This document shows, piece after piece, positions 50,183 through 61,864 of a DNA stretch of 64,000 nt. How positions within the stretch are numbered: the first letter of the stretch is position 1; each line of letters begins with the position of its first letter. The notes beneath the pieces were generated by a model, which saw only the letters and a list, made by a program, of their open reading frames with translations, made no database searches and had not been told where the DNA came from. The stretch is from Phyllobates terribilis (Eukaryota). The stretch spans positions 350,300,001-350,364,000 of the forward strand of contig NW_027362761.1 in NCBI RefSeq assembly GCF_046119375.1, written 5' to 3'. A program made the position numbers and the translations under genes.

Positions 50183-53100
50183 AGATTGCTGGAGAGGAGG
50201 CTTGTGTGGGGAAGACTGCTGGCGAGGAGGCTTGTGTGGGGGACACCCTGAGAGGAGGCTGCTGGAGAGGAGGCTTCTGTGGGGGAGACTGCTGGAGAAG
50301 AGACTGCTCTAGAGGAGGCTTGTGTGGGGAGACTGCTGGAGAAGAGACTTGTGTGGGGGAGACTGCTGGAGAGGAGGCTTGTGTGGAGAAGACCCTGAGA
50401 GGAGACTGCTGGAGAGGAGGCTTGTGGGGGGGGCTGCTGTGGGGGAGACTGCTGGAGAAGAGACTGCTCTAGAGGAGGCTTGTGTGGGGGAGACTGCTGG
50501 AGAAGAGACTTGTGTTGGGGAGACTGCTGGCGAGGAGGCTTGTGTGGGGGACACCCTGAGAGGAGACTGCTGGAGAGGAGGCTTCTGTGGGGGAGACTGC
50601 TGGAGAAGAGACTGCTCTAGAGGAGGCTTGTGTGGGGAGACTGCTGGAGAAGAGACTTGTGTGGGGGACACCCTGAGAGGAGACTTGTGTGGAGAAGACC
50701 CTGAGAGGAGACTGCTGGAGAGGAGGCTTGTGGGGGGGAGGCTGCTGGAGAGGAGGCTTGTGGGGGGGAGGCTGCTGGAGAGGAGGCTTGTGGGGGGGAG
50801 GCTGCTGGAGAGGAGGCTTCTGTGGGGGAGACTGCTGGAGAAGAGACTGCTCTAGAGGAGGCTTGTGTGGGGAGACTGCTAGAGAAGAGACTTGTGTGGG
50901 GGAGACTGCTGGAGAGGAGGCTTGTGTGGGGGACACCCTGAGAGGAGACTTGTGTGGAGAAGACCCTGAGAGGAGACTGCTGGAGAGGAGGCTTGTGTGG
51001 GGGAGGCTGCTAGAGAGGAGGCTTGTGTGGGGGAGGCTGCTAGAGAGGAGGCTTGTGTGGGGGAGGCTGCTAGAGAGGAGGCTTGTGTGGGGAGACTGCT
51101 GGAGAAGAGACTTGTGTGGGGGAGACTGCTGGAGAGGAGGCTTGTGTGGAGAAGACCCTGAGAGGAGACTGCTGGAGAGGAGGCTTGTGGGGGGGGCTGC
51201 TGTGGGGGAGACTGCTGGAGAAGAGACTGCTCTAGAGGAGGCTTGTGTGGGGGAGACTGCTGGAGAAGAGACTTGTGTTGGGGAGACTGCTGGCGAGGAG
51301 GCTTGTGTGGGGGACACCCTGAGAGGAGACTGCTGGAGAGGAGGCTTCTGTGGGGGAGACTGCTGGAGAAGAGACTGCTCTAGAGGAGGCTTGTGTGGGG
51401 AGACTGCTGGAGAAGAGACTTGTGTGGGGGACACCCTGAGAGGAGACTTGTGTGGAGAAGACCCTGAGAGGAGACTGCTGGAGAGGAGGCTTGTGGGGGG
51501 GAGGCTGCTGGAGAGGAGGCTTGTGGGGGGGAGGCTGCTGGAGAGGAGGCTTGTGGGGGGGAGGCTGCTGGAGAGGAGGCTTCTGTGGGGGAGACTGCTG
51601 GAGAAGAGACTGCTCTAGAGGAGGCTTGTGTGGGGAGACTGCTAGAGAAGAGACTTGTGTGGGGGAGACTGCTGGAGAGGAGGCTTGTGTGGGGGACACC
51701 CTGAGAGGAGACTTGTGTGGAGAAGACCCTGAGAGGAGACTGCTGGAGAGGAGGCTTGTGTGGGGGAGGCTGCTAGAGAGGAGGCTTGTGTGGGGGAGGC
51801 TGCTAGAGAGGAGGCTTGTGTGGGGGAGGCTGCTAGAGAGGAGGCTTGTGTGGGGGAGGCTGCTGGAGAGGAGGCTTGTGTGGGGGAGGCTGCTGGAGAG
51901 GAGGCTTGTGTGGGGGAGGCTGCTGGAGAGGAGGCTTGTGTGGGGGAGACTGCTGGAGGGGAAACGTGTGTGGGGGACACCCTGAGAGGATACTGCTGGA
52001 GAGGAGGCTTGTGTGGGGGAGACTGCTGGAGGGGAAGCTTTTGTGGGGGAGGCTGCTGGAGAGGAGGCTTGTGGGGGGGAGGCTGCTGGAGAGGAGGCTT
52101 GTGGGGGGGAGGCTGCTGGAGAGGAGGCTTGTGGGGGGGAGGCTGCTGGAGAGGAGGCTTGTGTGGGGGAGACTGCTGGAGGGGAAACTTGTGTGGGGGA
52201 GACTGCTGGAGGGGAAACTTGTGTGGGGGAGACTGCTGGAGGGGAAACTTGTGTGGGGGAGACTGCTGGAGGGGAAACTTGTGTGGGGGAGACTGCTGGA
52301 GGGGAAACTTGTGTGGGGGAGACTGCTGGAGGGGAAACTTGTGTGGGGGAGACTGCTGGAGGGGAGACTGCTGGAGGGGAAACTTGTGTGGGGGAGACTG
52401 CTGGAGGGGAAACTTGTGTGGGGGAGACTGCTGGAGGGGAAACTTGTGTGGGGGAGACTGCTGGAGGGGAAACTTGTGTGGGGGAGACTGCTGGAGGGGA
52501 AACTTGTGTGGGGGAGACTGCTGGAGGGGAAACTTGTGTGGGGGAGACTGCTGGAGGGGAAACTTGTGTGGGGGAGACTGCTGGAGGGGAAACTTGTGTG
52601 GGGGAGACTGCTGGAGAGGAGGCTTGTGTGGGAGAGACTGCTGGAGAGGAGGCTTTTGTGGGGGAGACTGCTGGAGAGGAGGCTTTTGTGGGGGAGACTG
52701 CTGGAGAGGAGGCTTGTGTGGGGGACACCCTGAGACGAGACTGCTGGAGGGGAGGCTGCTGGAGAGGAGGCTTTTGTGGGGGAGGCTGCTGGAGAGGAGG
52801 CTTGTGGGGGGGAGGCTGCTGGAGAGGAGGCTTGTGGGGGGGAGGCTGCTGGAGAGGAGGCTTGTAGGGGGGAGGCTGCTGGAGAGGAGGCTTGTAGGGG
52901 GGAGGCTGCTGGAGAGGAGGCTTGTGGGGGGGAGGCTGCTGGAGAGGAGGCTTGTGGGGGGGGCTGCTGGAGAGGAGGCTTGTGGGGGGGAGGCTGCTGG
53001 AAAGGAGGCTTTTGTGGGGGAGACTGCTGGAAAGGAGGCTTGTGTGGGGGACACCCTGAGACGAGACTGCTGGAGACGAGGCTTGTGTGGGGGAGGCTGC

Positions 53101-56100
53101 TGGAGAGGAGGCTTGTGGGGGGGAGACTGCTGGAGGGGAAACTTGTGTGGGGGAGACTGCTGGAGGGGAAACTTGTGTGGGGGAGACTGCTGGAGGGGAA
53201 ACTTGTGTGGGGGAGACTGCTGGAGGGGAAACTTGTGTGGGGGAGACTGCTGGAGGGGAAACTTGTGTGGGGGAGACTGCTGGAGGGGAAACTTGTGTGG
53301 GGGAGACTGCTGGAGGGGAAACTTGTGTGGGGGAGACTGCTGGAGGGGAAACTTGTGTGGGGGAGACTGCTGGAGGGGAAACTTGTGTGGGGGAGACTGC
53401 TGGAGGGGAAACTTGTGTGGGGGAGACTGCTGGAGGGGAAACTTGTGTGGGGGAGACTGCTGGAGGGGAAACTTGTGTGGGGGAGACTGCTGGAGGGGAG
53501 GCTTTTGTGGGGGAGACTGCTGGAGAGGAGGCTTGTGTGGGGGACACCCTGAGACGAGACTGCTGGAGACGAGGCTTGTGTGGGGGAGGCTGCTGGAGAG
53601 GAGGCTTGTGGGGGGGGGAGGCTGCTGGAGAGGAGGCTTGTGGGGGGGGGAGGCTGCTGGAGAGGAGGCTTGTGGGGGGGAGGCTGCTGGAGAGGAGGCT
53701 TGTGGGGGGGGGGCTGCTGGAGAGGAGGCTTGTGGGGGGGAGGCTGCTGGAGAGGAGGCTTGTGGGGGGGAGGCTGCTGGAGAGGAGGCTTGTGGGGGGG
53801 AGGCTGCTGGAGAGGAGGCTTGTGGGGGGGGAGGCTGCTGGAGAGGAGGCTTGTGGGGGGGGAGGCTGCTGGAGAGGAGGCTTGTGGGGGGGCTGCCGGA
53901 GAGGAGGCTTGTGGGGGGGGAGACTGCTGGAGAGGAGGCTTGTGGGGGGGGAGGCTGCTGGAGAGGAGGCTTGTGGGGGGGGAGGCTGCTGGAGAGGAGG
54001 CTTGTGGGGGGGGAGGCTGCTGGAGAGGAGGCTTGTGGGGGGGGAGGCTGCTGGAGAGGAGGCTTGTGGGGGGGAGACTGCTGGAGAAGAGACTGCTCTA
54101 GAGGAGGCTTGTGTGGGGAAGACTGCTGGCGAGGAGGCTTGTGTGGGGGACACCCTGAGAGGAGACTGCTGGAGAGGAGGCTTCTGTGGGGGAGACTGCT
54201 GGAGAAGAGACTGCTCTAGAGGAGGCTTGTGTGGGGAGACTGCTGGAGAAGAGACTTGTGTGGGGGAGACTGCTGGAGAGGAGGCTTGTGTGGAGAAGAC
54301 CCTGAGAGGAGACTGCTGGAGAGGAGGCTTGTGGGGGGGGGCTGCTGTGGGGGAGACTGCTGGAGAAGAGACTGCTCTAGAGGAGGCTTGTGTGGGGAAG
54401 ACTGCTGGAGAAGAGACTGCTCTAGAGGAGGCTTGTGGGGGGGAGACTGCTGGAGAAGAGACTTGTGTTGGGGAGACTGCTGGCGAGGAGGCTTGTGTGG
54501 GGGACACCCTGAGAGGAGACTGCTGGAGAGGAGGCTTGTGGGGGGGGGCTGCTGTGGGGGAGACTGCTGGAGAAGAGACTGCTCTAGAGGAGGCTTGTGT
54601 GGGGAGACTGCTGGAGAAGAGACTTGTGTGGGGGACACCCTGAGAGGAGACTTGTGTGGAGAAGACCCTGAGAGGAGACTGCTGGAGAGGAGGCTTGTGG
54701 GGGGGAGGCTGCTGGAGAGGAGGCTTCTGTGGGGGAGACTGCTGGAGAAGAGACTGCTCTAGAGGAGGCTTGTGTGGGGAGACTGCTGGAGAAGAGACTT
54801 GTGTGGGGGAGACTGCTGGAGAGGAGGCTTGTGTGGAGAAGACCCTGAGAGGAGACTGCTGGAGAGGAGGCTTGTGGGGGGGGCTGCTGTGGGGGAGACT
54901 GCTGGAGAAGAGACTGCTCTAGAGGAGGCTTGTGTGGGGAAGACTGCTGGAGAAGAGACTGCTCTAGAGGAGGCTTGTGTGGGGGAGACTGCTGGAGAAG
55001 AGACTTGTGTTGGGGAGACTGCTGGCGAGGAGGCTTGTGTGGGGGACACCCTGAGAGGAGACTGCTGGAGAGGAGGCTTCTGTGGGGGAGACTGCTGGAG
55101 AAGAGACTGCTCTAGAGGAGGCTTGTGTGGGGAGACTGCTGGAGAAGAGACTTGTGTGGGGGACACCCTGAGAGGAGACTTGTGTGGAGAAGACCCTGAG
55201 AGGAGACTGCTGGAGAGGAGGCTTGTGGGGGGGAGGCTGCTGGAGAGGAGGCTTGTGGGGGGGGAGGCTGCTGGAGAGGAGGCTTCTGTGGGGGAGACTG
55301 CTGGAGAAGAGACTGCTCTAGAGGAGGCTTGTGTGGGGAGACTGCTAGAGAAGAGACTTGTGTGGGGGAGACTGCTGGAGAGGAGGCTTGTGTGGGGGAC
55401 ACCCTGAGAGGAGACTTGTGTGGAGAAGACCCTGAGAGGAGACTGCCGGAGAGGAGGCTTGTGTGGGGGAGGCTGCTAGAGAGGAGGCTTGTGTGGGGGA
55501 GGCTGCTAGAGAGGAGGCTTGTGTGGGGGAGGCTGCTGGAGAGGAGGCTTGTGTGGGGGAGGCTGCTGGAGAGGAGGCTTGTGTGGGGGAGGCTGCTGGA
55601 GAGGAGGCTTGTGTGGGGGAGGCTGCTGGAGAGGAGGCTTGTGTGGGGGAGACTGCTGGAGGGGAAACGTGTGTGGGGGACACCCTGAGAGGATACTGCT
55701 GGAGAGGAGGCTTGTGTGGGGGAGACTGCTGGAGGGGAAGCTTTTGTGGGGGAGGCTGCTGGAGAGGAGGCTTGTGGGGGGGAGGCTGCTGGAGAGGAGG
55801 CTTGTGGGGGGGAGGCTGCTGGAGAGGAGGCTTGTGTGGGGGAGGCTGCTGGAGAGGAGGCTTGTGTGGGGGAGACTGCTGGAGGGGAAACTTGTGTGGG
55901 GGAGACTGCTGGAGGGGAAACTTGTGTGGGGGAGACTGCTGGAGGGGAAACTTGTGTGGGGGAGACTGCTGGAGGGGAAACTTGTGTGGGGGAGACTGCT
56001 GGAGGGGAGACTGCTGGAGGGGAAACTTGTGTGGGGGAGACTGCTGGAGGGGAAACTTGTGTGGGGGAGACTGCTGGAGGGGAAACTTGTGTGGGGGAGA

Positions 56101-59100
56101 CTGCTGGAGGGGAAACTTGTGTGGGGGAGACTGCTGGAGAGGAGGCTTGTGTGGGGGAGACTGCTGGAGAGGAGGCTTTTGTGGGGGAGACTGCTGGAGA
56201 GGAGGCTTTTGTGGGGGAGACTGCTGGAGAGGAGGCTTGTGTGGGGGACACCCTGAGACGAGACTGCTGGAGGGGAGGCTTGTGTGGAGAAGACCCTGAG
56301 AGGAGACTGCTGGAGAGGAGGCTTGTGGGGGGGGCTGCTGTGGGGGAGACTGCTGGAGAAGAGACTGCTCTAGAGGAGGCTTGTGTGGGGAAGACTGCTG
56401 GAGAAGAGACTGCTCTAGAGGAGGCTTGTGTGGGGGAGACTGCTGGAGAAGAGACTTGTGTTGGGGAGACTGCTGGCGAGGAGGCTTGTGTGGGGGACAC
56501 CCTGAGAGGAGACTGCTGGAGAGGAGGCTTCTGTGGGGGAGACTGCTGGAGAAGAGACTGCTCTAGAGGAGGCTTGTGTGGGGAGACTGCTGGAGAAGAG
56601 ACTTGTGTGGGGGACACCCTGAGAGGAGACTTGTGTGGAGAAGACCCTGAGAGGAGACTGCTGGAGAGGAGGCTTGTGGGGGGGAGGCTGCTGGAGAGGA
56701 GGCTTGTGGGGGGGGAGGCTGCTGGAGAGGAGGCTTCTGTGGGGGAGACTGCTGGAGAAGAGACTGCTCTAGAGGAGGCTTGTGTGGGGAGACTGCTAGA
56801 GAAGAGACTTGTGTGGGGGAGACTGCTGGAGAGGAGGCTTGTGTGGGGGACACCCTGAGAGGAGACTTGTGTGGAGAAGACCCTGAGAGGAGACTGCCGG
56901 AGAGGAGGCTTGTGTGGGGGAGGCTGCTAGAGAGGAGGCTTGTGTGGGGGAGGCTGCTAGAGAGGAGGCTTGTGTGGGGGAGGCTGCTGGAGAGGAGGCT
57001 TGTGTGGGGGAGGCTGCTGGAGAGGAGGCTTGTGTGGGGGAGGCTGCTGGAGAGGAGGCTTGTGTGGGGGAGGCTGCTGGAGAGGAGGCTTGTGTGGGGG
57101 AGACTGCTGGAGGGGAAACGTGTGTGGGGGACACCCTGAGAGGATACTGCTGGAGAGGAGGCTTGTGTGGGGGAGACTGCTGGAGGGGAAGCTTTTGTGG
57201 GGGAGGCTGCTGGAGAGGAGGCTTGTGGGGGGGAGGCTGCTGGAGAGGAGGCTTGTGGGGGGGAGGCTGCTGGAGAGGAGGCTTGTGTGGGGGAGGCTGC
57301 TGGAGAGGAGGCTTGTGTGGGGGAGACTGCTGGAGGGGAAACTTGTGTGGGGGAGACTGCTGGAGGGGAAACTTGTGTGGGGGAGACTGCTGGAGGGGAA
57401 ACTTGTGTGGGGGAGACTGCTGGAGGGGAAACTTGTGTGGGGGAGACTGCTGGAGGGGAGACTGCTGGAGGGGAAACTTGTGTGGGGGAGACTGCTGGAG
57501 GGGAAACTTGTGTGGGGGAGACTGCTGGAGGGGAAACTTGTGTGGGGGAGACTGCTGGAGGGGAAACTTGTGTGGGGGAGACTGCTGGAGAGGAGGCTTG
57601 TGTGGGGGAGACTGCTGGAGAGGAGGCTTTTGTGGGGGAGACTGCTGGAGAGGAGGCTTTTGTGGGGGAGACTGCTGGAGAGGAGGCTTGTGTGGGGGAC
57701 ACCCTGAGACGAGACTGCTGGAGGGGAGGCTGCTGGAGAGGAGGCTTTTGTGGGGGAGGCTGCTGGAGAGGAGGCTTGTGGGGGGAGGCTGCTGGAGAGG
57801 AGGCTTGTGGGGGGGAGGCTGCTGGAGAGGAGGCTTGTAGGGGGGAGGCTGCTGGAGAGGAGGCTTGTAGGGGGGAGGCTGCTGGAGAGGAGGCTTGTAG
57901 GGGGGAGGCTGCTGGAGAGGAGGCTTGTGGGGGGGAGGCTGCTGGAGAGGAGGCTTGTGGGGGGGAGGCTGCTGGAGAGGAGGCTTGTGGGGGGGGCTGC
58001 TGGAGAGGAGGCTTGTGGGGGGGGCTGCTGTGGGGGAGACTGCTGGAGAAGAGACTGCTCTAGAGGAGGCTTGTGTGGGGAAGACTGCTGGAGAAGAGAC
58101 TGCTCTAGAGGAGGCTTGTGGGGGGGAGACTGCTGGAGAAGAGACTTGTGTTGGGGAGACTGCTGGCGAGGAGGCTTGTGTGGGGGACACCCTGAGAGGA
58201 GACTGCTGGAGAGGAGGCTTGTGGGGGGGGGCTGCTGTGGGGGAGACTGCTGGAGAAGAGACTGCTCTAGAGGAGGCTTGTGTGGGGAGACTGCTGGAGA
58301 AGAGACTTGTGTGGGGGACACCCTGAGAGGAGACTTGTGTGGAGAAGACCCTGAGAGGAGACTGCTGGAGAGGAGGCTTGTGGGGGGGAGGCTGCTGGAG
58401 AGGAGGCTTCTGTGGGGGAGACTGCTGGAGAAGAGACTGCTCTAGAGGAGGCTTGTGTGGGGAGACTGCTAGAGAAGAGACTTGTGTGGGGGAGACTGCT
58501 GGAGAGGAGGCTTGTGTGGGGGACACCCTGAGAGGAGACTGCTGGAGAGGAGGCTTGTGTGGGGGAGGCTGCTGGAGAGGAGGCTTGTGTGGGGGAGGCT
58601 GCTGGAGAGGAGGCTTGTGTGGGGGAGGCTGCTGGAGAGGAGGCTTGTGTGGGGGAGGCTGCTGGAGAGGAGGCTTGTGTGGGGGAGACTGCTGGAGGGG
58701 AAACGTGTGTGGGGGACACCCTGAGAGGATACTGCTGGAGAGGAGGCTTGTGTGGGGGAGACTGCTGGAGGGGAAGCTTTTGTGGGGGAGGCTGCTGGAG
58801 AGGAGGCTTTTGTGGGGGAGGCTGCTGGAGAGGAGGCTTGTGGGGGGGAGGCTGCTGGAGAGGAGGCTTGTGGGGGGGAGGCTGCTGGAGAGGAGGCTTG
58901 TGTGGGGGAGACTGCTGGAGGGGAAACTTGTGTGGGGGAGACTGCTGGAGGGGAAACTTGTGTGGGGGAGACTGCTGGAGGGGAAACTTGTGTGGGGGAG
59001 ACTGCTGGAGGGGAAACTTGTGTGGGGGAGACTGCTGGAGGGGAAACTTGTGTGGGGGAGACTGCTGGAGAGGAGGCTTTTGTGGGGGAGACTGCTGGAG

Positions 59101-60952
59101 AGGAGGCTTTTGTGGGGGAGACTGCTGGAGAGGAGGCTTGTGTGGGGGAGATTGCTGGAGAGGAGGCTTGTGTGGGGGACACCCTGAGACGAGACTGCTG
59201 GAGGGGAGGCTGCTGGAGAGGAGGCTTTTGTGGGGGAGGCTGCTGGAGAGGAGGCTTGTAGGGGGGAGGCTGCTGGAGAGGAGGCTTGTAGGGGGGAGGC
59301 TGCTGGAGAGGAGGCTTGTAGGGGGGAGGCTGCTGGAGAGGAGGCTTGTGGGGGGGAGGCTGCTGGAGAGGAGGCTTGTGGGGGGGGCTGCTGGAGAGGA
59401 GGCTTGTGGGGGGGAGGCTGCTGGAAAGGAGGCTTTTGTGGGGGAGACTGCTGGAAAGGAGGCTTGTGTGGGGGACACCCTGAGACGAGACTGCTGGAGA
59501 CGAGGCTTGTGTGGGGGAGGCTGCTGGAGAGGAGGCTTGTGGGGGGGAGACTGCTGGAGGGGAAACTTGTGTGGGGGAGACTGCTGGAGGGGAAACTTGT
59601 GTGGGGGAGACTGCTGGAGGGGAAACTTGTGTGGGGGAGACTGCTGGAGGGGAAACTTGTGTGGGGGAGACTGCTGGAGGGGAAACTTGTGTGGGGGAGA
59701 CTGCTGGAGGGGAAACTTGTGTGGGGGAGACTGCTGGAGGGGAAACTTGTGTGGGGGAGACTGCTGGAGGGGAAACTTGTGTGGGGGAGACTGCTGGAGG
59801 GGAAACTTGTGTGGGGGAGACTGCTGGAGGGGAAACTTGTGTGGTGGAGACTGCTGGAGGGGAAACTTGTGTGGGGGAGACTGCTGGAGGGGAAACTTGT
59901 GTGGGGGAGACTGCTGGAGGGGAAACTTGTGTGGGGGAGACTGCTGGAGGGGAAACTTGTGTGGGGGAGACTGCTGGAGGGGAAACTTGTGTGGGGGAGA
60001 CTGCTGGAGGGGAAACTTGTGTGGGGGAGACTGCTGGAGGGGAAACTTGTGTGGGGGAGACTGCTGGAGGGGAGGCTTTTGTGGGGGAGACTGCTGGAGA
60101 GGAGGCTTGTGTGGGGGACACCCTGAGACGAGACTGCTGGAGACGAGGCTTGTGTGGGGGAGGCTGCTGGAGAGGAGGCTTGTGGGGGGGAGGCTGCTGG
60201 AGAGGAGGCTTGTGGGGGGGAGGCTGCTGGAGAGGAGGCTTGTGGGGGGGAGGCTGCTGGAGAGGAGGCTTGTGGGGGGGGAGGCTGCTGGAGAGGAGGC
60301 TTGTGGGGGGGGGGAGGCTGCTGGAGAGGAGGCTTGTGGGGGGGAGGCTGCTGGAGAGGAGGCTTGTGGGGGGGAGGCTGCTGGAGAGGAGGCTTGTGGG
60401 GGGGGAGGCTGCTGGAGAGGAGGCTTGTGGGGGGGAGAGGCTGCTGGAGAGAAGGCTTGTGGGGGGAGAGGCTGCTGGAGAGGAGGCTTGTGGGGGGGGG
60501 AGGCTTGTGGGGGGGCTGCTGGAGAGGAGGCTTGTGGGGGGGGAGGCTGCTGGAGAGGAGGCTTGTGGGGGGGGGAGGCTGCTGGAGAGGAGGCTTGTGG
60601 GGGGGAGGCTGCTGGAGAGGAGGCTTGTGGGGGGGGGAGGCTGCTGGAGAGGAGGCTTGTGGGGGGGGGAGGCTGCTGGAGAGGAGGCTTGTGGGGGGGG
60701 AGGCTGCTGGAGAGGAGGCTTGTGGGGGGGGAGGCTGCTGGAGAGGAGGCTTGTGGGGGGGAGGCTGCTGGAGAGGAGGCTTGTGGGGGGGGCTGCTGGA
60801 GAGGAGGCTTGTGGGGGGGGAGGCTGCTGGAGAGGAGGCTTGTGGGGGGGCTGCTGGAGAGGAGGCTTGTGGGGGGAGGCTGCTGGAGAGGAGGCTTGTG
60901 GGGGGGAGGCTGCTGGAGAGGAGGCTTGTGGGGGGGAGGCTGCTGGAGAAGA
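50183..60952. repeat. ~10.8-kb G-rich minisatellite, ~30-bp unit G(A/G)CTGCTGGAG(A/G)GGA(GG/AA)CTTGTGTGGGGGA, with higher-order duplications
   Basis: Roughly 350-370 units read directly; extreme G/C strand skew; identical ORF starts recur at offsets of 763 and 1451 bp. Confidence 0.98.
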
Positions 60953-61800
60953 GAGGACTGAGGGGCTGCACCATGGAGCTGTGTGGACATGAGACTAGGT
61001 GGTCTGAGGATGCATTTTGGAGGCAAAGACATGGGGCTGCATGTTAGAGTGCTGCACAGGGAAATGGCTGCTGCTACTTGTATGGGGCTACTTATTGGGG
61101 GGGCTTTCACAGGAAAGGGGGTTGATGTTACTTGAGTGGGGCTGGATGGGGAGTGTGATTATGATGAGTGGTTGTGCGGAGAAGGGGGGAATGATGAGGG
61201 GCTGTGTGAGGAAGTGGGTCATGATGCTTCATGCTGGGGAGCTGTGCGGAGAAGGGAGTGATGATGCTGCATGTTGGAGGGCTGCTCGAGGAAGGAGATA
61301 ATGCTGCATGCTTGATGATGCTGAAATTGATTTCTTATTCATCCAGTTTCTTATTAGGCAATTTATTTTTTCTTTTTTTTTTACAGATTTAACAACGAAA
61401 ATCACAATAATAAAGTGCAGCGCGGTTCCCTGATGTGAATACACTTAAAAGCAGCTTAAAAAAAATATAACACTGGCACAAAAATGGGCTTCAAAGTGGG
61501 CACCGAAGGGCGCTATTACTCGTGTGTGGCTGCATGCTGGGGGATGTGCATAGAAGGGAGTGATTTCACTCGTGGGGGGCTGTGCGGGTTTGTTGGTGAT
61601 GTTACTTGCATGGGGGACTATGCAAGGAAGGTGGTAATGATGCATGATGGTACTGCTTGGAGTTGCATGCTGGGGGGGGGGCTGCAAAAGGATGGAAATG
61701 ATGTGAATCACATGCAGCTGTAAGCTGTGTATCTGCACAGTGAAGGGGGGTAATGTCACTGTATGCCGAATGGCTTCTCAGGGTAGGGGGTGATGCTACT

Positions 61801-61864
61801 TCATAGTCATGAAAATACAGAAAAATCTTTAAATGAGGTGTGTCCAAACTTTTGGTCTGTACTG
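61801..61864. mobile_element. Tc1-type terminal inverted repeat fragment
   Basis: GAGGTGTGTCCAAACTTTTGGTCTGTACTG is the reverse complement of a CAGTACAGACCAAAAGTTTGGACACACC Tc1 terminus. Confidence 0.7.

Noticed and set aside
50206-61110. Giant ORFs (up to 1392 aa) as mucin- or keratin-associated-like genes
   Set aside because: All six frames are open because the 30-bp unit lacks stops. There is no signal peptide, unique domain or splice support, and no frame is favoured.
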